Program-made: the position numbers and the translations under genes
The notes under the pieces: model-generated
Seen by the model: only the letters and a program-made list of their open reading frames with translations
Told to the model about the DNA's origin: nothing
Database searches by the model: none
Assembly: GCA_012295275.1 (NCBI GenBank)
Contig: CM022672.1
Location: 35,464,001-35,528,000, forward strand
Reading direction: 5' to 3'
Source: Chrysomallon squamiferum
Lineage: Eukaryota > Animalia > Mollusca
DNA length: 64,000 bases
Shown: in pieces, positions 51,826 to 64,000 of the stretch
Position numbering within the stretch: position 1 is the stretch's first letter
Layout of the letters: every line of letters starts with the position of its first letter

Positions 51826-53158
51826 TAGGATAAACTGTGGTAATTCTGGCCCCCTTTTTCAGTCACATACAGTTTCACAGACAAAAGAAAACAACAAAAT
51901 GGAGTGAATAATGTGTAGTATATCTAGTTCTGCTTCAAAATGATCAAACACTACAAGCACAGTGCTTATACGTTTGAAATAGGAACCAGGTTAAAAATTG
52001 CTGTCAGGAACCAGATTTGCCCCGATCATTTGTGGTAAATCTGGCCTCCACATTCATGATGTATTTTGGTCCTCAAATTTGTTGTACTGATAATTGCTTT
52101 GTAACCATTGTTGACAACTAATAATAATTAGTCCTAATCATAATACAAGTCAGATTCAAAACTTCAGTCAACGAAACTCCTTGACACATATCACACAAGA
52201 ATACAATATGTTTGAAGTCTGCACCAGCTGGGATTTCGAGGTTTGTGCAAGGATGAAGACAATACCAATTTGGGCACCCGTCACATCCTATGAACTCGTC
52301 ACAATTCATTCCATCATCAACTCTGCCACAGAATTCACATTTTTCTTGTGTATCAACTACATCTCTGTCTTCTAGTTTAGACTCGTCACCACCAACATAT
52401 TCTAGTGTATCTACTACATCTCTGTATTCTAGTTTAGACTCGTCACCACCAACATATTCTTTCACTGCATCCACCAGTTCTGCTGCAGCATTCAAACTGA
52501 ACTGCTGTTTTGACTACTTTGACATCTTCTTCACAGTTATTTTTGTAGTTTTGCTTCTCTCACCTTTGTTTTCTTTGCCTTTTCTTCCTCCTTCTTCTTC
52601 TTCTTCTCTGCCAACTCTTCTTCATACCTCTTGACACTTTCTTCTTCTGTCAGTGTCTTGGCATACCTCGTTCTCTTGATTTTATTTGAAGTCTGACAAC
52701 GTGCCCCACCAGATGAACCGTGGACTTTGAGTTGATTCAAAAAACTTAAATAAAACTCAGAATGGACTATATGAATGCCAAAACTATTGATTTCACCTCC
52801 AAATATGGGGCCAAATTTATCCCATGCATGGGGGCCAGTACTGCCCCAAGTGCTGGAGTAAAATAAAACACATATTTCTTGCCTGATTACCACGTACTAA
52901 TCAAGATTCTTCTGCTGAACGTATTAACTGATTATATGTTTACCTGTTATAACTTAGAAAAACAACATTAACTCACATTGCACTTTTTTTACAAACTTGT
53001 TATTTTCATTACTTTCATGGCCACTTCACGTGTAAATGGCTGATTAACTACAACCTTTGTTCTAATGAGAAATAGGAAGATTCTGTTTATATCAACAAAG
53101 TTCGAGAAATCTGGACAGCAGTATAGTCATACAAGTCATATCTCAGGCCAGAATTACC

Positions 53159-53162
<4 letters not shown>
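51826..53162 (-). mobile_element. Internally deleted, decayed pogo-like DNA transposon with Lys/Glu-rich coiled-coil and PHD-finger remnant
   Basis: Inverted motif GGTAATTCTGGCC (51839-51851) and GGCCAGAATTACC (53146-53158), internal variants at ~52011, 52034, 52807, 52831, TA-rich flanks; broken ORFs 52537-52893 and 52118-52495 (CEFC...FIGCDGCPNWYCLHPC...FLCDMC); no DDE core visible. Confidence 0.65.
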
Positions 53163-53196
<34 letters not shown>

Positions 53197-53430
53197 CCGT
53201 TATCATAAACAGAAGTAATTTATAATTCTGATTATTAATAAGTGGTATAAATAAACTGAACATGTATATATATTTACATATATTCAGCCGTTATCATAAA
53301 CAGAAGTAATTTATAATTCTGATTATTAATAAGTGGTAGAAATAAACTGAACACGTGGCACGAACTTGCAACTAAAACCATGTAAACACACACACACACA
53401 CACACATATATACACACACACACACACACA

Positions 53431-53519
<89 letters not shown>

Positions 53520-53687
53520 GTATACAACAGGTGTATGTCAGTACTATCTAATATTTTATTATCATTTGAACTAAGCGACTGATATGAAAACTACAGAGGA
53601 AAGTAAATGGGGTTTACAAGGTAAACACATTTTTTTCTATTGATAAAATTAACCATCCCGGTCACGTTTTTCCGGTCTGTGCTTCGA

Positions 53688-53710
53688 GTTGCCATAGCAA
53701 CGGGTAAACA
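53688..53710. promoter_or_regulatory. RFX X-box plus adjacent forkhead site
   Basis: GTTGCCATAGCAAC (53688-53701) followed 2 nt later by GTAAACA (53704-53710). Confidence 0.55.
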
Positions 53711-54296
53711 AAGTAATAGCGTACCACTTTTATTGTGACGTGTCAACCATTCAGCTTTATGTGAAAACAATGTTAAAAAAAACAGTGTTCACCAGTATTG
53801 AAATACCAGTCGATCATCTAGTTTTTACTTACAAAAAATAGACTCTTAAACGTTACGAAATTCTGCGGTTAACAGAATGAACGATTATTTATCTATGAAA
53901 TTTATAAACGTTGTGTTTACGTTTTTGAAACTGGGTCTCTTTTTATAAAATATTTTGTTATGACTAATGAAAACACCTCAGATAACTTTTGAAAACAATT
54001 CATACGAACTGGCGCTGTTCAGACTGATCTGTGGAATATGATACGTTTCTTTGTGTGTTTAGTCTTTGAAAACAAATCTAACATCGACACCTGGCTCAAT
54101 TAATCCAGAACTGATTTCTGAAATGAAAGTCTTATTGATGTTTAGAATTAGTTGATGTTTTTTTTGCGAAGGAAGGCAGGTGGAGCTAACTCAAAAAGAC
54201 AACAACAGTAACAGCTACTACAACAGCAACAATAATATTAATAACGATAAAATAATAATGATGATGAAAACAATAACAACAAGAACTACAGTTACA

Positions 54297-54347
<51 letters not shown>

Positions 54348-54929
54348 CACAACAATAATAATAATATTGCTGTTGTTATCATCATAGTCATCGTCGTCGT
54401 CGTCGTTAACATTATCATCATCATGATCTTTGTTATTATAATTGTTATTATTATTACTATTATTATATTATTTGTTTGTTACAGATGACATAATAATTAT
54501 TTAAACTGTGAAATAATTGCCTCATAGGTGACATTGTGGAGTTTTAAAAATAAAATTTTAATTTTAGACGTGTGTGTTAGGACAAAGAGAAACGTGACTG
54601 AGGTATAACGTTACAACAACTCCCCCTGTCACACTGACAGCAACAACCACAAAGAACGTCACACGCTGTAAGGTGATTCTGTCAGCTGTAGAAAACCCAG
54701 TCGTTTACTCCACACACAGACAAACAGCCAGGCAACTGCTGATATGTTTAAACATGGACTACGTATTTACTTTTATAGATACATTAATAAATGGAGGTTA
54801 TAAAATACCACTTTTACATTTATATATATATCTATATAAACAGACATTAATAGGCTACACCATTATATGATTATGTATCATGCTTGTGTTATATAAACTA
54901 TATATAGCGTACTTTATTACGTTGATACA

Positions 54930-54968
<39 letters not shown>

Positions 54969-55054
54969 ACATTTATTTAACGTTGACTTACTTCGCCTAC
55001 TGCTGCTATAAGTCATTAACTTAAATCAAAAACAAAATGGCATGTTTAATTATA

Positions 55055-55094
55055 TACACACATACACATGTACACACACACACACACACACATG

Positions 55095-55131
<37 letters not shown>

Positions 55132-55225
55132 CACACATACACACACACAGCCACACACACACAGACACATGTACACACATACACACACACAGACACACAC
55201 ACACACATACACACATACACACACA

Positions 55226-55267
<42 letters not shown>

Positions 55268-55775
55268 CACACATACACACACACAGCCACACACACACAT
55301 ACACATGTACACACATACACACACACAGACACACTCACACATACACAGTTCACTGACGTCATATTTACAGTATCTCCAACTGCGTCTCTAATACGAATAA
55401 AGACACACAACTCAAACACATACACACATACACACATACATACATACACATACACATACACACATGTACATACATACATACACATACACATACATACATA
55501 CATATACACACACACACATACATATACATACATACATACACACATACATACACATACATACATACATACACACACATACATATACATATACATACACACA
55601 CACATACACATACATATACATACACACATACATACACATACATATACATATACACATACACACATACATATACATACACATACACATACATATACATATA
55701 CATACACATATACATACACAACATACATACATACACATACATACACATACATACACATACACATACACATACACG
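55055..55775. repeat. (CA/TACA)n compound microsatellite
   Basis: Seen directly. Confidence 0.95.
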
Positions 55776-55857
55776 CTCAGATTCGCACTCAGATAGATTA
55801 ATAAAATTACCTTAGGTAATAATATAATATGTTGTTGCAGATAATGCGTGTTGTGCG

Positions 55858-55931
<74 letters not shown>

Positions 55932-56948
55932 AAAGTATAGAAATTTCAAAATCGATATTCAAATTTAATTTCTTTTTACTAATATGCTAATATATCTCAT
56001 AATCTGGTGTTATTATAATTAACAGACAAGTATATACATATATTACTACAACCCTACTACTATTAATATACTAATAACAACAAAACCTACAACGACAACA
56101 ACAACAACAACGATAATAATAATAAATAAATATAATAAATAAATAAATAAGTAATAATCAATATGACAGAATACTCAGAAAATTAGAAATAAACTTGTCC
56201 ACAGCTAGTTACTTTCACACATAAAACATATTTATCAAATACCTTTATCTAAATACGTAAACAACTAAATAAAAATAACACACACACACTTCACACACAC
56301 ACACACACTACAAAAACACACACACATACACACACTACAAAAACACACACACATACACACACTACAAAAACACCCACACATACACACCACACCCACACAC
56401 AATTTATAACATTTGATATAAACCTGCTACATATTTTACATGTAATGCACACGTCCTGCCCTAGTGACAGAGATAACCGTAGATTTGTTTTTTTGTAAAT
56501 GGGCAGGTTTATCATTATGTCACTAGTTAGATAAATGACTGATTCTGACATGGCCGTCTTAAAGTCGTGAACAGTTGATAAGAAAAAATTAATTATTACA
56601 TTTCTGATTCTAGCAACAAATTTAAGTTCATTTTCTTGTCGCTGATGTGCTGCTGTTTTGTTCTAGGAAGTTTTGTTTTTTCTGTTACTTTTAATTCTAA
56701 ACAAAACATATTGATATTTCTGCTACTGTTACTGTTATTACTGCTGTTATCATTATGCTGTAAGATACAGTGTTTTTGATTGTGTGTTTTTTAGACATTG
56801 ACAACTAGTTTCGTGACGTCACGGCCTAGTGATAAGCATATTGTTTCTGTTAACAACTTTAGACAAAATCAGTTATGTTGACTATAGGAAAATGGCGGAC
56901 AAAATACTTTTTTTGTTTCTAATCTTTCGTTGTTATTAATTAAGAGTA

Positions 56949-57005
<57 letters not shown>

Positions 57006-58778
57006 ATAAAGAAATAAAGAATGAAAGAAAACAAAATAAATGAACATAACTTAGAAATATATAGGGAGGCAACTTCCAAACAGCCTCTGTGCATGTGTGT
57101 GTGTGTGTAAAAAATTAATATGCTTTATTACTTCATAATAACCAAAATATTCAAACTATTTAACCTAAATCAATATGTTTTACGATGAACTGAAGTGTAT
57201 AAAAAGCCGTAGACAATATATTTAAAAAATACTTAGCAGAATTTATTTGTCATATATCACTGTAATATGATGAAAGCTATAAAATGATTTTTTTTTCTAA
57301 AATTCACATGTATAACATTACATACATGAATTTTAATATACACTTATATATTACAAACATGCTTATATTCAGAAAGAACAAAGAAATGAAAAAGAAAAAA
57401 AAAATCTATTTTCAGAAAAAAAGAAAAGAAATAAAGAATAATATTTTATAAAAACAAATGATCGTCCTGTTAGAGATAGTGCAGAATGAAGGCTAAGTAG
57501 GACAGTCCGAACTGAAGAAGAAAATCGCTTATCCTGTTCAAAAGTGCACTTTAATGAAACTAAGTAAATATTAAAGTTCACGCTCTGAGCTTCAGATATC
57601 AACTGCTTTTTGAAATATGAAAATTATTGTTGTGTGAAACCATAAAAGTTAAAAAAAAAAAAAATAATAATAATAATAATAATAATGATGAATAAATGAA
57701 AAAGACTGAAATGACCTCTAGGTTATTTTTTAGGCGCAGCTCAGACAGGGAAGTGTAATTTAATCTGAAAATATTCTACGTCACAGTAACGGAGAAGAGG
57801 CTGTGAAGCACAACTGTTTGAAAACACAAAGCACGCCTGACAGGGACTATACTGAGGCAAACGAGGCAACTTCCTCAACCGAAACTGACGATACTGTTTT
57901 ATATATATACACACACACACAAAAAGATGTTGATTAAAGAAATAAAAATATAAAATATAAATCTCTACTCTGATAGAAACGATATTTATTGAGGAAAGAC
58001 ATAAACGACTTCAAGTACATCATCAAACAGGTTTATCATCAAGCAGGTTTATCATCAAGCAGGTTTATCATCAAACAGGTTTATCATCAAGCAGGTAAAC
58101 CTGATGATGTAAGACATACAGCATCCTGTTCACACGTGTCTGTCTTAGTTCGTGCGCTGTGTTATTTAGTCCCTCATCCCTGGCCCCAGTTTTTTTTACC
58201 ACGCTTCGCTTGGCGATTCAGTGTTTTTGTCTCTTTTCAAAAAGAGTCAAGTTTCGGCCATGACAGAGCATTCCCCCCCCTCCACCTTTAAACTAACATT
58301 TTCATACTATAAATAGAATGAGATATAAAAAAAAAAATGAAAAAATGAAAAGAAATAGAAATAATTAAAAATAACATACAGTAATCATATTTCTTCAACG
58401 ATTTCGCTGTTGTCATTTTCAGTTAGACATGAAATTAGTAAAATATCCCATTTGAAAAACAGCAACAATATTTTTATGTTTATTTTCTGGTTGAAAATAT
58501 ATACTATATGAAGTCAAGTAAAACGTGAGTAAGTTTGTGGCTCCAGAATGACGTAAAAAAAAATCCCGTGACGTCATATTATACATGATAGATTTACATT
58601 TTAATGTAAAATGACTTCATGGAAATATTAATGTAATACTGACTAGAAGACACATTGAAGTAATCTTAATTAAAAACACATATTGACTAGAAACACATGT
58701 TAATGTAGTTCTCACTAGATGACACATTAGTACAATACTGACATAACTTTTGATTATAATAAATAGCAGTAGAATAGC

Positions 58779-58817
<39 letters not shown>

Positions 58818-59835
58818 TTAATTTAAATAACAGTAACAACAACAACAACAATAAATAAATAAATTAATAAAAACCAAATAAAAAAGCCTAAAACCATAAC
58901 CCAAAACACTAGCGTAAAATATTTAACTAGTTTAAATAAAAAAATACATAATATATTTAAACTCTGTTCAACCAGTAATCAAATACAATGATCATAGGTA
59001 ACGATTTTACTGAGCAAGATGGCTAAAGTATGTTATCTAAACACACCTGAGAATGTCACTGACCTGTACCATCATTATGTTAATTAATACATTAGCTAAA
59101 AAGACAGTAATATACATGTTTTTATACAGAAAACTTGCCTTTTGGTTTTTGCTCTATATCAGACACTTTTCCACCCATATCTCTGTTTAGCCCAGTGAGT
59201 GAGTGTTCTTGTGAATATTCTTCCTGATCTAACTGACGTTAACCTAATTCGCGTATTGATAAAAACAGGTATCAAATAGCATTGTCTTTGTTTACCTGTG
59301 TTATCAGGTTGCTATGTTACCCGCGGTGGCGAGACACGAATGAATCTGTTGCCTAACCCAGCTGTAAAGTCATGATTCTCTTTTACTGAGTTATACAATA
59401 CGTAAATAAACACAATGGAATCAGTTGCGAAATATACACAAGTCAGAATTAAAAAAAATTAATCAGTATAACTGAAAACGTATTAAATTGCAGACGATAA
59501 ATCAGAATTAAAAAAAATGAAGATATTCTCAACTGAAAACGTGTTAATTGCAGACAATAAATCAGAATTAAAAAGAAATGGATATATAATCAGTTGAAAA
59601 CGTATTAACTATTGACTTGTCTGTGTAAAACGATATTATATACTGAGTTATATTTATCATCTATCCTTCTTATTTCTAAAGTATTGATCGTGCTTAGAAA
59701 AATCATAATTATTTAATTATTATTTTAAATTATTAATTATCCAAACACGAAGACTCATTCTTGACATTTTCAGATTTCTAATGATGCAGTTGAAAATTTG
59801 TTATTTTTTAGTACAGGTGATGTGTTTGACAGTTC

Positions 59836-59840
<5 letters not shown>

Positions 59841-59922
<82 letters not shown>

Positions 59923-60015
59923 CTCTCTCTCTCACTCCACACACACGTACTCAAACACGTACAAACACACACACACATACACGCACACACGTACATACAC
60001 ACACATACACACACG

Positions 60016-60084
<69 letters not shown>

Positions 60085-60092
60085 AATCACAG

Positions 60093-60162
<70 letters not shown>

Positions 60163-60353
60163 GTACTCACACCCACACAGACACACACACACACACACGC
60201 ACACACACACACACGTACTCACACACACAGACACACACACACGTACTCACACACACAGACACACACACACGTACTCACACACACACAGACACACACACAC
60301 ACACACACACGCACACACACACGTACTCACACACACACACACACACACACGTA

Positions 60354-60406
<53 letters not shown>

Positions 60407-60461
60407 ACTCACACACACAGACACACACACACGTACTCACACACACAGCCACACACACACA

Positions 60462-60508
<47 letters not shown>

Positions 60509-60612
60509 TCACACACGCACACAGACACACACACACACACGCACACAGACACACACACATACTCACACGCACACAGACACACACACATACTCACACGCAC
60601 ACAGACACACAC
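59841..60612. repeat. (CT)n followed by (CA)n compound microsatellite
   Basis: Seen directly. Confidence 0.95.
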
Positions 60613-60793
60613 ATTGACACTGAACAAACAAAAACGTAGCTGATCTACTGTTGAAGAAAATGAAAAAAAAAAAAAAAAAAGACTGGTCAATCAGAACTCT
60701 GGACACTTCACACAGTGTCCACTACAATGTCCAGCTTTCGCTGCTCTTTTCATTTTTAAATTTAATTTGTTTTTATTTGAAGGCGTCAGTTAA

Positions 60794-60825
<32 letters not shown>

Positions 60826-61355
60826 CTTTTTGTATTGTTATGTTGTTTTATTGTTCTTCTTATTATTAATACCTACTATTATTATTGTTATTATGATCAC
60901 TATTATTATTATAATTATTATTATTATTATTGTTGTTGTTGTTGTTGTTGTTGTTGTTATTGTTATTTTCATATATAATTCGATTAGGACTAATTCACAT
61001 AAAAAGTTATACAAGATCTATTTAAGTAACAGGACAACTTGACCGTATATCACCTGTATGAAAACTGTTTATACTGGAGCAATAGAGATCTATAAATACA
61101 TTTCTAGAGAACGTCAACCTCATTGTTAACGATTATTCCGCGCTGAAATGAATTAATTATACGTACTCAATAAAGCCGAATAACGTTAGAATCGATGTCC
61201 ACTGATTACTGAGAACACAAGTCACCTGCGGTTGAATGATTTACAATTAAAAAAAATAAGATAAAAAAATAAACACGGTAACGTTAACAATAAACATTGT
61301 GTGTGTGTAAACGCATATTTACATGGTTAACAATAAGCATTGCGCGTGTTTGCGT

Positions 61356-61423
<68 letters not shown>

Positions 61424-61659
61424 CGAAGAGTCACTAGGGTTTCGCGAGAAAGAGTGAAGTAAGTTCATGAACTTTTGAGTTATTTTTATTTAATTTTATA
61501 TTTGTAATATCACGCTCAGAACATCCTTGGGAAATCGTTTGTTATTGTAATAAAGACGTCGTCCTATCTAACTTATTGTTATTAAAAATATAATCATTAG
61601 ATTATATTTAGTGATGTCTGCAGTGTGAAACCGCCTTCACTAGTCAGCGGTCACTCAGT

Positions 61660-61704
61660 GGGCGGGACCTGTGTTTCACGTGACTGATTCGTGTATCACG
61701 TGAC
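61660..61704. promoter_or_regulatory. GC box plus two tandem TCACGTGAC E-box/CLEAR-like motifs
   Basis: GGGCGGG at 61660-61666; TCACGTGAC at 61676 and 61696. Confidence 0.45.
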
Positions 61705-62731
61705 GCACTAGTGTGCAGTCCCCCATTCACCCACGATATTCAGTAGATTTATTCTCCAGTATTCAGTAGTATTTATTCTCCAGTATTCAGTAGATTTATT
61801 CTTCAGTATTCAGGGATTTCTTGTGAATTCTAATAATTTAAGCACGTTTTTTTTTATTTTTTTTTTTATTGCATGTTTTGGTTAGTTAATTTATGAAAAG
61901 GTATCATAAAGATATTGAAGTAGCATTACCAATAAATCTGAAAAAAAAAAAAAAAAAAAAAAATAAACTGTCCTTAAACCACTTATTCAAAAATATATAT
62001 ATATATTTATTTACCACCTGAACTACGATGAACAAACTATGAGAGAGATATGGTATATACATTTTTCTGTGCATGTAGGGTTAGGCAAGGGTAAAAAGGT
62101 TGAGAAACGCTGATACACAATAACAATAGAAAAAAAGATATATAAGTGATAAAACAGTAAAGAAAAAAGTGTGTATGTATCTACATGTTACAGTCAAACT
62201 AGTCCCAAGACCGCCAGGCGTTTGGCAAAATGACTAAAACGTGCAGGATTAGAACAAGCGATACTGAACTAGACTCTAGTCACTGCAACATATATTTATT
62301 ATTATTATTACCACCTTTATCTTTTTTATCATTTATATATCTTTTTTCTTTTTATATATATCAGGATTTAGTTTTAATTGTGTACGTTATTCTTTTCTTT
62401 TTTCCATTGTATGTATCAGTGGTATACAATTGATTAATAATCAACAGAAACCAGTTCATACTTTTTTTTTTTACGTTACCTTATATGCGCGCGCGCACAC
62501 AGACACTCTGTAGAAAATTACTTTGTACAGTTCGAAGCACGCAGTTCATTGTTAATGTTTAATAATTTTTAATACAAAACGTTTTAGCGATTTGCCAGCG
62601 AGCAGAATTACTCTGTTCAAATCAATTCTGTGACCAGAAACCGTAAAATAAACTAACGTTTTATTTGTATGCTCATAATAGAATCAGCGTAAAAAAAAAA
62701 AAATAATAATTTAAAAAGACATAAAAAAAAA

Positions 62732-62781
<50 letters not shown>

Positions 62782-62801
62782 TTAAAAAGACATAAAAAAA
62801 A

Positions 62802-62832
<31 letters not shown>

Positions 62833-63259
62833 TAATAATCATAATAATAATAAATAATAATGAATAAATTAATAAATAAGTAAAAATAAAAATTAATAAT
62901 ATGTGACGTTTAAACAGAAATAAATATGCTAATGTTTTCTTGTTAAAATATTTCTTCTTATTATAATTTTATTATTTATTTATTTATTTTACTTTATTTT
63001 TTACTGTGAACAACAGAATTCTTTCTACCTGTCAGTCTTGTAAACAACAATCAATGGAAACCTACTACGTATTCTGACTTGCCTATACCTGTTTAACAAT
63101 TTATTTAATTCATAGCTATTGAATATCTAGACGAATAATCAATAACGCGCACTGTACAACGCTATTGATTATCTGACTTCAGCTTCTAGTGAAAGGAAGT
63201 TTCCCGACAGTAGCAGATTTTGTTTTAAAATAATCTTCTTTCATTCTTCACCTTTTATT

Positions 63260-63365
<106 letters not shown>

Positions 63366-63705
63366 CCCTTTTTATGTTTTTTATTATTATTTTTACTTTT
63401 CGTGATTAGGAAACAGCTACATAAAAAAACTCTAGCTTTATTATAAGACTGTTTTATTTGATTTTTATCAGTTTTCTTCTTCTTTTTTTTTTATCCCAGC
63501 ATTATGAATTTTAGTTAATTTATATTGTTTAATGGATTTTATTACCTCAGTGATTTTGTTGGTTTGTTTTTTACCGCAGTTAGAAAGCAATCGAAGTTTG
63601 TTTTCTGAAGTGCTCGGGTTATCCGTGGGTTATTTTTTTGAGGATTTGTCCATCATCCAAATTAATCATCTTTCTCCTCTTCTTTCTGTCTTTCTGTATA
63701 CAAAC

Positions 63706-63763
<58 letters not shown>

Positions 63764-64000
63764 TTTTTGTTGTTGTTATTGTTACTATTATTAGCATGGA
63801 CCAATGATTTAAAAAAAGAAGAAGTAGGAAACTCATTGTTTGCATACATCATAGTACATGTTTTAGAAGATGAATGCTTTTTATTTTAGCGAACGAGAGT
63901 GAAAATTTAATTTTAATAAAAACATTTATAAGGCCTGTTGACGGACCTTTAATTTTTTTTTTTTATATTTTTTTTTTAAATTTCTGTTGTAAAACTGCAT

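Noticed and set aside
53189-53353. 74-bp near-tandem duplication right of the transposon (similar small duplications at 10160/10286, 41040-41250, 59440-59610, 61738-61812, 62700-62840)
   Set aside because: Ordinary local duplications with no sign of function.

Overview
Eukaryotic, very AT-rich, microsatellite- and minisatellite-dense invertebrate-type DNA (mollusc/lophotrochozoan-like by feel; the taxon cannot be fixed from this sequence). Almost every long ORF in the supplied track is a repeat artefact. Two convergent spliced genes can be rebuilt by hand. (1) A 5-exon CCN-family matricellular gene (signal peptide-IGFBP-VWC-TSP1-cystine knot) on + at 5943-13358; the start of its exon 2 is disrupted in this sequence by a short local duplication. 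(2) A complete 23-exon choline transporter-like SLC44A (CTL2/4/5-type) gene on - at 50058-19512 (2121 nt, 706 aa, all intron phases consistent) with a probable U12-type minor intron. The most striking feature is that many minisatellite arrays in the SLC44 introns are anchored at exon edges, and three are built from the splice acceptor plus the first bases of the exon. This gives ladders of about 7, 50 and 60 near-identical 3' splice sites, one of them in frame with the protein. Also present: a Tigger/pogo-type MITE, a decayed pogo-like element with a PHD-finger remnant, a 65-bp palindrome, and candidate RFX+FOX, CRE, tandem E-box and E2F motifs. No rRNA, tRNA or CRISPR array was recognised.
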